From: Nitrospirota bacterium
Lineage (GTDB): Bacteria; Nitrospirota; UBA9217
NCBI GenBank assembly: GCA_963790205.1
Contig: CAWBNQ010000002.1
Coordinates: 128,001-192,000, forward strand
DNA length: 64,000 nucleotides
Direction of reading: 5' to 3'
This document shows positions 29,315-39,485 of this stretch, piece by piece. The position numbers were made by a program, and so were the translations under genes. Numbering within the stretch: the stretch's first letter is position 1; each line of letters opens with the position of its first letter. Below the pieces are notes generated by a model. That model searched no databases. It had not been told where the DNA came from and was given only the letters and a program-made list of their open reading frames with translations.

Positions 29315-29824
29315 ATGGATGCACTGACCGCGATTTTTTCACGAAGAAGTGTGCGGATCTATACGACGAAGCCGGTGCCCCACGACACGGTGACCGACCT
29401 CGTGCGGGCCGCCATGTATGCGCCCTCGGCCGGGAATGAGCGGCCCTGGCACTTTATCGTCCTCACGGACCGCGCGCTCCTCGACGAGATCCCGAAGTTT
29501 CATCCCTATGCCGCCATGCTGAAGCACGCGTCCACGGCCGTTCTCGTCTGCGGCGACGTTTCCCTCGAGAAACACAAGGGCTACTGGGTGCTCGACTGCG
29601 CCGCAGCCACACAGACCCTGCTGCTCGCGGCGCATTCCAAAGGGCTGGGCGCAGTCTGGTGCGGCGTCTATCCCACCGAAGACCGCGTGGAGAACCTTCG
29701 GAAACTGCTGGAGTTGCCTGAGCACGTGGTCCCCTTTTCTCTCATCCCCCTCGGCTTTCCCGCCGAGGAAAAAACGCCGGTGGAGCGATTCGACGCGTCG
29801 AGAATTCATGACAACCGGTGGTAA
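29315..29824 (+). CDS. Nitroreductase family flavoprotein
   Basis: RRSVR, APSAGNERPWHF, GLGAVWCG; GAGGAGG RBS, starts 16 bp after the rSAM stop. Confidence 0.9.
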   Translation: MDALTAIFSRRSVRIYTTKPVPHDTVTDLVRAAMYAPSAGNERPWHFIVLTDRALLDEIPKFHPYAAMLKHASTAVLVCGDVSLEKHKGYWVLDCAAATQTLLLAAHSKGLGAVWCGVYPTEDRVENLRKLLELPEHVVPFSLIPLGFPAEEKTPVERFDASRIHDNRW

Positions 29825-29958
29825 ATCGATCATGCGGCGGCCCGACGACATTGTGAAAAGCGAGTCATTCCTGCCCTTCAATAATTAATTCCGCGAACAT
29901 CGTCTTTTATTGTCGAGGAAAAGGCCTGCACGCAGGGGACTGCGAGGATCCTTTCCCG

Positions 29959-29987
29959 TTGACAAGATTTTGGTTGTATGCTATCCT
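29959..29987 (+). promoter_or_regulatory. Sigma-70 promoter for pal-cpoB
   Basis: TTGACA-17 bp-TATCCT with extended TG. Confidence 0.6.
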
Positions 29988-30091
29988 TATTTTCAGAATT
30001 AAAGAAGCGTTGTGTCCCGATTTCATGTCTGATTTTTCACATCGGCAACATTTTTTTTAACAAAACAACAACTAATACGAGGAGGCCCACC

Positions 30092-30646
30092 ATGAAGATC
30101 AGGAGTTCATTATTGCTCGTAATTATTATTGTTTCCATCAGTATGCTTGCTCTTTGGGGATGTCCCAAAAAAGCAGAGGTGACCGCGACGCCGGAGGCGC
30201 AGAAGGAAGTGACGCCGGCAGCCCAAGAAGAGCAGAAGGCGGAGCAGAAGCCGGAAGCCGCAGTGACGGAAGAGGCGAAGCCAGAGGTAAAGGAGGAGAC
30301 CACTGCCGCAGGGGCCGCGGGACTCCAGCCGATCTATTTCGACTTCGACCGGTCCTTTATCCGGGACGACGCCAGGCCTGTCATGAAGGCGAATGCCGAG
30401 TGGCTCAAGGCCAACCCCAAGGTAAAGATCAAGATCGAAGGAAATTGTGACGAACGCGGCACCAAGGAGTACAACCAGGCGCTGGGACAGCGTCGCGCTT
30501 CGAGTGCAAAAAAGTATCTTACCGACCTCGGCATAGCGGCCAAGCGCATCTCCCTTATCAGCTACGGCAAGGAAAAGCCGGTTTGTACCGAGCACAACGA
30601 GGAATGCTGGCAGAAAAACAGAAGGGATGACCTTGTAGCCGAGTAG
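30092..30646 (+). CDS. pal: Peptidoglycan-associated lipoprotein Pal
   Basis: Lipobox LWGC, IYFDFD, IEGNCDERG..EYN.ALGQRRA, SYGKEKP, NRR. Confidence 0.95.
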   Translation: MKIRSSLLLVIIIVSISMLALWGCPKKAEVTATPEAQKEVTPAAQEEQKAEQKPEAAVTEEAKPEVKEETTAAGAAGLQPIYFDFDRSFIRDDARPVMKANAEWLKANPKVKIKIEGNCDERGTKEYNQALGQRRASSAKKYLTDLGIAAKRISLISYGKEKPVCTEHNEECWQKNRRDDLVAE

Positions 30647-30711
30647 GACATCGCGCACACGGCGCGGGGCAAGGAAAAGCCTGCCCTGCGCCGTTCCCCC
30701 CAACAACCATT

Positions 30712-31557
30712 ATGAAGAAGATAAAACTCTCTCTTATCGTCGGTCTTATCCTGCTGTTTTCCGCCTGCGCACCGCAGGCCGCGCTCGTAAAGACCAGGTC
30801 CGAGCTGTCGGACCTGCGCGAGGACACGAAGGAGAACAAGGCCCGCAACGAGGACATACAGAAGCGTCTTTACCTGCTCGAAGCGAATGTCAAGGGCACG
30901 GTCGACGTGCAGAAGGTCATGGCCGATTACGGCGCAAAAACGGACCAGCTCGCCACGGACATCCAACTGCTTCAGGGAAAGCTCGAGGAAAACAACTTCC
31001 GCATCGCCGATCTCGCGCAGAAGCTGGATGATAAGAGCTTCAAAATCACGGAATTGTCGGCACGGGTCGACGAACTCAATGCCAAGATAAAAGCGCTCGC
31101 CGGGGGGCAGGGACTCTCCTCGGGTCCGAGCGGGACCTCGGCAGAGAAGGACAAAAAATCCGCGCCCAAGGAGGTGGAGCCGTCCGAAGCCTACCGCCTG
31201 GCCATGAACGATTACAACAGCGGCAATTTCGATCTGGCCCTTGCCGGGTTCCAGAACTACCTCGTTCAGTTCCCCAATACCAGCCAGGCGTCCAGCGCCC
31301 AGTACTGGGTGGGTCAATGTTACTACGCCAAGAAAGACTTCACCAAGGCCGTCGATTCCTTTATCAAATTCATAAAGACCTACCCCAAAAGCGAAAAGGT
31401 CCCCGGTGCGGCGCTTAAGATCGGCTACTCCTACCTGAGTGAAAATAATAATGCAAAGGCCAAGGTATGGCTGAACAGGGTTGTTAAGGAGTATCCCGGT
31501 ACCGACGAGGCCGAGCATGCAAAAGCCAAGCTGCGCAAGATGGGGAAAAGTAAGTGA
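30712..31557 (+). CDS. cpoB: Tol-Pal system protein YbgF/CpoB
   Basis: Lipobox FSAC, coiled coil, C-terminal TPR repeats (AQYWVGQCYY); follows pal. Confidence 0.88.
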   Translation: MKKIKLSLIVGLILLFSACAPQAALVKTRSELSDLREDTKENKARNEDIQKRLYLLEANVKGTVDVQKVMADYGAKTDQLATDIQLLQGKLEENNFRIADLAQKLDDKSFKITELSARVDELNAKIKALAGGQGLSSGPSGTSAEKDKKSAPKEVEPSEAYRLAMNDYNSGNFDLALAGFQNYLVQFPNTSQASSAQYWVGQCYYAKKDFTKAVDSFIKFIKTYPKSEKVPGAALKIGYSYLSENNNAKAKVWLNRVVKEYPGTDEAEHAKAKLRKMGKSK

Positions 31558-31692
31558 CCTTTCTGCGGGCCCCGCATAACGTCCTTTCTCTTGAAACGTA
31601 GGGTGAAATTCCCCATCCGTCCCTGTCACCTGCGTCACCAGCTCTTCCCCAAAAGTATCCCCCTATTGCCCTGATGTCGCCGGAGGTTAAGC

Positions 31693-32733
31693 ATGAATTC
31701 AATAAAATCCGGAAACAGTACGTTAAGCGAAAGCCTCCATGTCGCGAAGGGACTGGGGATCGTTCTCGTCGTACTGGGCCATATCGACATGCCGGATATC
31801 CAGCCTCGCGTCTGGACCCTGGCCCGCGAGGTCATATATACATTTCATATGCCGCTTTTTATGGTCGTATCGGGTGTCCTTTTTGCGATGACGCAGAAGC
31901 CTCTTCTCTCCTGGCGCGGGTACGTCGCTTTTATCAGAAAGAAGGCGGGACGGCTGCTGTTGCCCTACATGAGCATAACGCTGATATTGTTGCTGCTGAA
32001 GCTCGCGGCGGCGAAATTCTTTACTCTTTCCAGTCCCGTGGCGGGCGACATTCTTTATTATATATTCCTCAATCCCCTGGGCGGTTTTTCGAACATACTC
32101 TGGTTTGTTTATACTCTGTTCGTGATCTTCCTTCTGTTCCCGCTGCTCAGGTTGCTGGCGCGAAATGAGCTTCTTCTCTTCGCGGTGACGATCCTCCTGT
32201 CCTTTCTGCCGTGGCCCCACGTATTTTGTCTTGACCTGGCCTTTCAATATCTGCCGTTCTTTACCGCGGGTTGTCTTCTGCACAAAATGTCCTTTCTCGA
32301 GGAGGTCCGCCTGTCAACAGGCATCATCCTGCCGCTCTGCCTCTATGTCTTTTTTTTCGCGATGCGAACACACGTCTCAAGCTTCGCCTTTGCATCACAA
32401 ATGATCTCGATCGCGCTCGGCGTGTCCGGCAGCCTTGTCTGCATCGCGGTTGCAGCGCTGATAGCCGGGCAGGCGCGCCCGGTGGAAAAGGTCGCGGCGC
32501 TGGGCAGGTACTCAAGCGGCATTTATCTTCTCCATACCATCTTCATGGGGGCGGCAAAGGTGTTGCTGACGCAGGTCATGCATCTGGGAACGTCGGAATT
32601 TGCAATGATCTCTCTTGTAATGATCTTTGCGGGCCTGGTCTTTCCGGTGGCCATGGAAAAATATATTATCAGGCGCTCGGCCGTCGCGTCGCGGTTCATC
32701 TTGGGAGTGGAAGCGCCGCCGCGGCATGATTGA
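31693..32733 (+). CDS. Acyltransferase family 3 membrane protein
   Basis: AKGLGIVLVVLGH, FHMPLF.VSG, LWF, IYLLH; many TM helices. Confidence 0.88.
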   Translation: MNSIKSGNSTLSESLHVAKGLGIVLVVLGHIDMPDIQPRVWTLAREVIYTFHMPLFMVVSGVLFAMTQKPLLSWRGYVAFIRKKAGRLLLPYMSITLILLLLKLAAAKFFTLSSPVAGDILYYIFLNPLGGFSNILWFVYTLFVIFLLFPLLRLLARNELLLFAVTILLSFLPWPHVFCLDLAFQYLPFFTAGCLLHKMSFLEEVRLSTGIILPLCLYVFFFAMRTHVSSFAFASQMISIALGVSGSLVCIAVAALIAGQARPVEKVAALGRYSSGIYLLHTIFMGAAKVLLTQVMHLGTSEFAMISLVMIFAGLVFPVAMEKYIIRRSAVASRFILGVEAPPRHD

Positions 32734-32860
32734 AGCCGGGTCGGTCATTATCTTTGTATCAAATACTACACTCTCTTCAGCAGAGACTCCAATTTTCCCC
32801 AGTCTGTTTTTTCTATCGTTTTATCCTTCTGATTTTATGATAGAATTTATCCAGCCGTTT

Positions 32861-32876
32861 TGGCGCGGTCATTGCT
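32861..32876 (+). promoter_or_regulatory. Sigma-54 (-24/-12) promoter for the cus operon
   Basis: TGGCGCGGTCATTGCT: GG-N10-GC, close to TGGCACG-N4-TTGCW; 23 bp before the cusC ATG. Confidence 0.7.
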
Positions 32877-32899
32877 ACTATATATCATGGAGGCATGCG

Positions 32900-34150
32900 A
32901 TGGGACGCGGGTTTTTTACATTCCTTTTTCTTCTATCCTTGGTCCTTATTACTCCGGCACTCGCCCGGGCCCAGGAAGTCGTCGTTACACTCAAAGACCT
33001 GGAGCAAGAGGCGCTTCAGAACAATCCCGAAATCGGGATGGCGGGGAAAAAAGCGGAGTCTGCCGAGGAAAAAAAGTCCCTGGCTGCTGCCATGCCCGAC
33101 CCCATGATCGGCTACATGATCCAGAACGTAGGGGGGCTCGGCACGTCCACGGTGGGCAAGGAAGAGATGAGCATGCAGGGCTTCGTGGTGACCCAGGAGG
33201 TTCCCTTCCCGGGAAAGCTCTCGACCAGGGGGAACGCAGCGCGAAAAGCGGCTGAGCGGGAGGAAGACAACAGCCGTGGAACGAAACTCAAAGTCCTGAG
33301 CGACCTCAGGAACGCCTACTACGATTACTTCCTGTCCTACCGGACCCTGGAAATCCTCGACCAGACAAAAGAGCTCATGAAGAACTTCGAACGCATTGCG
33401 GAGACGCGCTATGCCACGGGCCAGGGCCTGCAGCAGGACGTGCTCCGGGCCCAGCTCGAAGTGTCGATGCTGATCGAACGGATTTCCATGGAAGAGCAGA
33501 AGCTCGATACCGAGCGGGCCAGGGTCAACAGCCTCGTGGGCCGGGACCCGCGCTCGTCTTTGGGCAGGCCCGGTGACCAGTTCGCAACGGCCTTCCCTAT
33601 GGGGCTCGATCAGATGAGCGCGATGGCCCTGGAGCATTCTCCCATGCTTGAGGCCAAGAAGCGCATGGTGGAAGAGAACGAGTACGACCTCTCGCTGAGC
33701 AAACGGGAGTTTCTTCCCGACATGGTGGTCTCCGCGGGCCGGTTCACCAGGGGCGATTTCAAGGACGTATGGCAGGCAAGCGTCATGTTCAAGGTGCCGC
33801 TCTATTTCTGGAACAAGACCACGGGCGTAAAAGCGGCCCACGCGGACCTGAGCTCGGCCCGCTTCGACTATGAAGCGACGAAGCTGGCGATCCTCACCCG
33901 GGTCCAGGAGCTCTATTCCATGGCCAAGATGTCGGAGCACCACATCCACTTGTACGACTCCGGCATCATCCCCCAGGCCCGGCTGGCTCTCCAGTCCGCA
34001 ACGTCCAACTACCAGGTCGGCAAGATCGATTTCCTGTCGCTCCTCGAAAGCGAGACCGTGCTGCTCAAGTACCAGATCGCGTATGAGGAGCAGCTCGTGA
34101 ACCTGAACAAGACGATGGCCATGATGTCCGAAGTGACGGGAGAGCAGTAG
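32900..34150 (+). CDS. cusC: TolC-family outer membrane efflux protein (CusC-like)
   Basis: Signal peptide, two OEP helical repeats, PFPGKL, Met-rich; first gene of a heavy-metal RND operon. Confidence 0.82.
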   Translation: MGRGFFTFLFLLSLVLITPALARAQEVVVTLKDLEQEALQNNPEIGMAGKKAESAEEKKSLAAAMPDPMIGYMIQNVGGLGTSTVGKEEMSMQGFVVTQEVPFPGKLSTRGNAARKAAEREEDNSRGTKLKVLSDLRNAYYDYFLSYRTLEILDQTKELMKNFERIAETRYATGQGLQQDVLRAQLEVSMLIERISMEEQKLDTERARVNSLVGRDPRSSLGRPGDQFATAFPMGLDQMSAMALEHSPMLEAKKRMVEENEYDLSLSKREFLPDMVVSAGRFTRGDFKDVWQASVMFKVPLYFWNKTTGVKAAHADLSSARFDYEATKLAILTRVQELYSMAKMSEHHIHLYDSGIIPQARLALQSATSNYQVGKIDFLSLLESETVLLKYQIAYEEQLVNLNKTMAMMSEVTGEQ

Positions 34151-34229
34151 CAGTGCGGAGTGCGGAATGGGCAGATCAAAGGCAGGGCATCGTGGCTGTG
34201 GCCATCAGCCTGTGTGAAAGGTGTTTCCT

Positions 34230-35369
34230 ATGAAAATTTTCCCCAGAGTTTTTCAATCGTCAATCATCAATCTGCAATCTGCAATTGCGGCAGTATTGAT
34301 TCTTTTCTCCGCTGCCGCTGCCCAGGAGCCTGCTCCTCCCGGGGGGAACGCGAAGCAGGAAGCACCCGTGGTCGTGCTCAGCCCGGACAAGGTGCAGCTG
34401 ATCGGCGTGCGCACGGCCCTGGCCGGTTTCCGCTCCGTGGACCGGCAGGTGAGGACCGTGGGCAGGATCGAGCCGGACGAGACGAGGCTCGCCTTCGTAA
34501 ATACGAAGATCGGGGGATGGGTGAAGAAGCTTTTCGTGAGCTACACCGGGGACCGGGTCGAGAAGGGCCAGCCCCTGCTCTCGCTTTACAGCCCCGACCT
34601 GGTGACGGCCCAGGAAGAGTACCTCCTGGCGCTCAAGGCCGCGCAGCCGGCCCATAACCATAACCACAGCGATCAAAGCCTCGAAGAAGTCGAGACCTCG
34701 CGCAAGGACCTCCTCGAGTCGGCAAGGCGCAGGCTTCTGCTCTGGGACATCACGCCCGGGCAGATCGAAGAGCTCGAAAAAACCGGCAAGCCGCAGACCG
34801 ACATGATCATCACCGCCCCGCTGAGCGGGATCGTGCTCGATAAAATGGTGCTCGAGGGGACCTACATCACGCCGGGCATGAACCTCTACAAGGTCGCCGA
34901 CCTCTCGGACGTCTGGGTCATGGCTGAGGTCTACGAATCGGAAGTGCCGATCGTAAAGGTCGGCCAGCAGGCCCGGGTCACGCTTCCCTACTATTCCGGC
35001 GAGGCCATGACCGCCAGGGTGGACTTCATCTATCCCGTGCTCGACCCCGTGTCGCGGACCGTCAAGGTGCGGCTCAGGATGCATAATCCCGGTCTTGCGC
35101 TCAAGCCCGACATGTTCGGCAACGTGGAGATCATGGCCTCCTCGGGCCGGAGGCTCGTGATCCCCCGGGAAGCCGTGCTCTTCTCGGGCCTCCGCCAGCT
35201 CGTCTACGTCGAAAAGAAGCCCGGCGTGTACGAACAGCGCCAGGTGACCCTGGGGCTCCGGGGCGAGGATTATGTGGAAGTGCTCAAGGGGATCAAGAAG
35301 GGCGAGCGGGTGGTCACCTCGGGGAACTTCCTGATCGATTCGGAAAGCCAGCTGAGGACGGGGCAGTAG
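34230..35369 (+). CDS. cusB: RND efflux periplasmic adaptor (CusB-like)
   Basis: GDRVEKGQPL..LYSPDL..AQEEYL, ADLS.VWV.A.VYE, LKPDMF, GNFLIDSES. Confidence 0.9.
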   Translation: MKIFPRVFQSSIINLQSAIAAVLILFSAAAAQEPAPPGGNAKQEAPVVVLSPDKVQLIGVRTALAGFRSVDRQVRTVGRIEPDETRLAFVNTKIGGWVKKLFVSYTGDRVEKGQPLLSLYSPDLVTAQEEYLLALKAAQPAHNHNHSDQSLEEVETSRKDLLESARRRLLLWDITPGQIEELEKTGKPQTDMIITAPLSGIVLDKMVLEGTYITPGMNLYKVADLSDVWVMAEVYESEVPIVKVGQQARVTLPYYSGEAMTARVDFIYPVLDPVSRTVKVRLRMHNPGLALKPDMFGNVEIMASSGRRLVIPREAVLFSGLRQLVYVEKKPGVYEQRQVTLGLRGEDYVEVLKGIKKGERVVTSGNFLIDSESQLRTGQ

Positions 35370-35506
35370 AATTGCGATTTCGAATTGCGGATTGCGAATT
35401 AACGTCGAAAGGCGATGCGCAGAAAGATATTCAATCCGAAATCCGCACACCCTTCGCTCGCGCTTTGCACTCGTAATCGCTGGGTGCAGGCTCCGCAATC
35501 CGCAAT
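35369..35506. repeat. Degenerate heptamer repeat tract in mirrored arrangement
   Basis: AATTGCG ATTTCG AATTGCG GATTGCG on the left; AATCCGA AATCCGC and CTCCGCA ATCCGCA on the right. Confidence 0.65.
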
Positions 35507-35516
35507 GAGGTAATTC

Positions 35517-38500
35517 ATGTTATCCAAAATAATCGAACTGTCGGCGCGCAATAAATTTCTGATCTTCCTGGCCGTGCTGTTTCTCACGGTCTGGGGCGTC
35601 TGGGCGGTCTACCATACGCCGCTCGACGCGATCCCCGACCTTTCGGATGCCCAGGTGATCGTGTACACCGAATGGATGGGCCGGAGCCCGGACCTGGTGG
35701 AGGACCAGATCACCTATCCCATTGTCTCGACCATGCTTGCCGCGCCCAAGGTGCGCGTGGTGCGCGGCAAGTCCTTCCTCGGGATTTCCTTCGTGTACGT
35801 GATTTTCGAGGACGGCACGGACCTCTACTGGGCCAGAAGCCGGGTCCTCGAATACCTCCAGGGCGTGGCGGGAAAGCTCCCTGCCGGCGTTACCCCGGTG
35901 CTCGGGCCTGACGCCACCGGCGTGGGCTGGGGCTTCCAGTACGCGCTGACCGACGAGACGGGGACGCAGGACCTCTCGCAGCTCCGGTCCCTCCAGGACT
36001 GGACCCTCAAGTACGCCATCGAATCGGTGCCCGGAGTTTCCGAGGTGGCCTCGGTGGGCGGGTTCGTGAAGCAGTACCAGATCATCATCGACCCCAACCG
36101 GCTCCTGGCCTACAAGCTTTCGCTCATGAAGGTGATGGAGGCGGTCCGCAGAAGCAACCGCGACGTGGAAGGCCGCGTCGTCGAATGGTCCGGCAGGGAG
36201 TACATGGTCCGGGGCCGGGGTTACATCAGAGACCAATCGGACATCGAGAAGATCAGCGTGGGCACCGATGGCAGGGGCACGCCCATCCTGCTCCGCGACA
36301 TCGCCGAGGTCCAGCTCGGCCCGGAGATCAGGCGCGGGGCCGCCGACCTGGACGGCAAGGGCGAGGCCGTGGGCGGCATCGTGGTGGTCCGGTTCGGCGA
36401 GAACGTCCTCTCGGTCATCGACCGGGTGAAGCAGAAGCTCGCCGAACTGGCGCCGACCCTGCCCAAGGGCGTCAAGATCGTCACGACCTACGACCGGTCG
36501 GAGCTCATCCACCGTTCCGTGGACACGCTCAAGGCGGAGATCATCAAGCTCGGCCTGGCCGTGAGCGTCGTGTGCCTCGTGTTCCTGTTCCATCTGCCGA
36601 GCGCCTTCGTGGTGATCCTGACGCTCCCGATCGCGATCCTCATCTCCTTCATCTGCATGTACTATCTCGGGATCAGCTCGAATATCATGAGCCTTTCAGG
36701 GATAGCCATCGCCATCGGCGCCATGGTGGACGCCTCGATCATCATGGTCGAGAACGCACACAAGAAGCTCGAAGACTGGGAGCGGACCGGCAGGGCGCAT
36801 GGGTCCCGGGTGGACGTGGTCATCGACGCAGCCAAGGAAGTCGGTCCATCGCTGTTCTTTTCCCTTTTGGTCATCACCGTCGGGTTCCTGCCCGTTTTTA
36901 CGCTCGAAGAGCAGGCAGGCAGGCTCTTCAAGCCCCTGGCCTACACCAAGACTTTTTCCATGCTCTTTGCGAGCTTCCTCGCCATCACACTCACGCCGGT
37001 GCTCATGACGATCTTCATCAAGGGGAAGATCCGGCACGAGGACGACAACCCCGTGAGCCATTTCCTGATCAGGCTCTACCACCCGGTGGCCGAGTTTGCG
37101 CTCCGGTTCCGCAAGCTCGTGATCATCGCGGCGATCGTCATCGTGGCCGTCACCGTCGTCCCCTTCACCGAGCTGGGCTCGGAGTTCATGCCGCCGCTCT
37201 ATGAAGGCACGCTCCTGTTCATGCCCTCGGCTCTTCCCGGGGCCTCGATCACCACCATGTCCGATGTGCTCCAGGCCGAGGACCGGATCATGAAGCAGTT
37301 CCCCGAGGTGGAGCGGGTCTTCGGCAAGGCGGGCCGCGCCGAGACGGCCACGGACCCGGCGCCCCTCGAAATGATCGAGACGAACGTGATCCTCAAGCCC
37401 GAGAGCCAGTGGCGGCCCCGGTTCAAGAAGTGGGAGGACCTGCGGGACGAGATGGATACGGCCCTCACGATCCCCGGCGTGGCCAACACCTGGACCATGC
37501 CGATCATCGGCAGGATCGACATGCTCGCTACGGGCATCAAGACGCCCCTGGGCCTCAAGATCTTCGGGCCCCATCTGGACGAGATCGAGCGGATCGGGCT
37601 GGACGTGGAGAAGACGCTCAAGGACGTGCCGGGCACGCGGCTGGCCTACGCCGAGCGGGCCAACACGGGCTATTTCCTCGACTTTACGGTGAACCGCGAC
37701 GAGATCAGCCGCTACAACCTCGCTGTCGAGGACGTGCAGGAAGTGATCGAGTCGGCCATCGGCGGCATGAACCTGACGACCACGGTGGAAGGCCGCGAGC
37801 GCTATCCCGTGAACATCCGCTACGGCAGGGAGCTGCGGGACGACATCGAGAAGCTGAAGCGGGTGCTCGTCCCGGTCATGGACGGCGCCCAGGTGCCCGC
37901 TGGGGCAGCTCGCCGACATTAGGATAGTGCGCGGCCCGGGCATGGTCCAGAGCGAGGGCGGGAGGCTCACGGCGACGGTCACGCTCAATATCGAAGGGAG
38001 CGACTTCGGCGGCTACGTGAAGCGCGCCCAGCAGGCGATCGCCGAAAAGGTGAAGGTGCCGGCAGGCTACCAGGTCCAGTGGTCGGGCCAGTACGAGTAC
38101 ATGGAGAACGTGAAGGCAAAGCTCCTCTACGTTATCCCGCTCACGCTTCTCATCATCGTGGTGCTCATTTACCTCAACACGAACTCATGGCTCAAGACCG
38201 CGATCGTGCTTTTGGCAGTTCCCTTCTCGCTCGTGGGCACGGTCTGGCTCCTCTACTTCCTCGGCTACCACATGAGCATCGCGGTCTGGGTCGGCGTGAT
38301 CGCCCTGGCCGGGCTCGATGCGGAGACCGGCATCGTGATGCTCCTCTACCTCGACCTGTCCTATAACCGCTGGCACCAGGAGGGAAGGATTAATTCGCTC
38401 CGGGACATCGAGGACTCGGTCATGGAAGGGGCGGTGAAACGCATCCGTCCCAAGATCATGACCGTGTCGGTGATCCTGGCGGGCCTGGTGCCGATCCTGT

Positions 38501-38658
38501 TCTCCACCGGGACGGGCGCGGACGTGATGAAACGCATCGCCGCGCCCATGGTCGGCGGCGTGGTCACGTCGACCATCCTCGAACTCGTCATCTATCCGGC
38601 GATCTATGTGATCTGGAAGGAGAGGGAACTGTTAAAGGCCGAAAGGCGCGAGGGGTAA
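35517..38658 (+). pseudogene. cusA: CusA/CzcA heavy-metal RND permease, split by a +1 frameshift at about 37896-37898 (real lesion or assembly error)
   Basis: LDAIPDLSD.QVI, GPDATGVGW, GSEFMPPL, TDPAPLEM; removing one C from GTG CCC GCT restores QVPLGQLADIRIVRGPG and joins the 37927 ORF (RIRPKIMT...RIAAPMVGG). Confidence 0.88.
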
Positions 38659-38679
38659 GGGGAAAGAGGAGGCAGTCGA

Positions 38680-39369
38680 CTATTTTTTTGGAGGGTTCAT
38701 CGCGGCTTCGTAGCGCTTGAGATAGTCGCTGATCATGCGCTCTGATTCGTATCCCAGGGCCTTTGCGTAGAGACCGAGAAATCCCCGGAGGTAGGGGCGC
38801 GCAGGGAGTTTTGCGTAATTTTCTTCTTCGATGTACTCGAGATAACGGGAGCCTACCTTCGTCGTGTCGGCGATGTTCCGGATGGTCAGGCCGCGCTGCT
38901 CGCGCAGGACCTTGATGACAGGGCCTGTGAATTCAGCGATGAAGGGAGAGACCGGAGAAATCTCCTCCTGCGCGGGTTTGTCCGGAGCCGGTGCGGGTTG
39001 CGGGGGCGGCGCGTTTGCCCCGATGTAGCGATTTTCCGATTGCAGGGGGAGCGCCGGCTGTGCAGCCCTTGTCTGATATTTCGGTATTGATGGGGGCGGA
39101 GAGGCCGGTTCAGGCATCTCATTCCGGCTTCTTAGCATCGCATCGTACCGTCTACGGTTGTCTTCGTAAACAAGAGTGCGATAAGCCTCTTCTATCCGCT
39201 GGTGAATAATGGTCGTTTCTTCCGGCGTAAAGAGCGAGTACAGAGCTACGGAATTCGGTTCGTACACCCGCCGGACCCGTTCGTAAGCCCTATGGATCTC
39301 CTGTGCGGTCGCCGTGAGGCTCACCTCCAGCAACTCGTAATAGTTCAGGTCCTCTATTTTTTTGATCAT
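38680..39369 (-). CDS. J-domain-like protein with C-terminal XRE/RodZ-type HTH
   Basis: NYYELLEV...IHRAY...IEEAYRTL...RRRYD (no HPD motif); C-terminal LRE..GL....A..TKV...YLEYIEE...LP...YLRGFL..YAKALG. Confidence 0.78.
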   Translation of the reverse strand: MIKKIEDLNYYELLEVSLTATAQEIHRAYERVRRVYEPNSVALYSLFTPEETTIIHQRIEEAYRTLVYEDNRRRYDAMLRSRNEMPEPASPPPSIPKYQTRAAQPALPLQSENRYIGANAPPPQPAPAPDKPAQEEISPVSPFIAEFTGPVIKVLREQRGLTIRNIADTTKVGSRYLEYIEEENYAKLPARPYLRGFLGLYAKALGYESERMISDYLKRYEAAMNPPKK

Positions 39370-39380
39370 GGCTGCTCCAT

Positions 39381-39472
39381 TCAACTGTGCAAATAGTTTA
39401 AACCGTTCAAGCTGTTCTGTTCAAGCTATTTAAACTGCTGAAGCTGTTAGAACTGTTTGAATCGCTTAAACC
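39381..39472. repeat. Degenerate 9-bp tandem repeat tract
   Basis: GTTTAAACC GTTCAAGCT ... ATTTAAACT GCTGAAGCT GTTAGAACT GTTTGAATC GCTTAAACC. Confidence 0.65.
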
Positions 39473-39485
39473 ATGTAACCGACAA

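Noticed and set aside
37890..37930. Programmed frameshift in cusA
   Set aside because: No slippery heptamer or obvious stimulatory structure, and a truncated RND permease has no clear function
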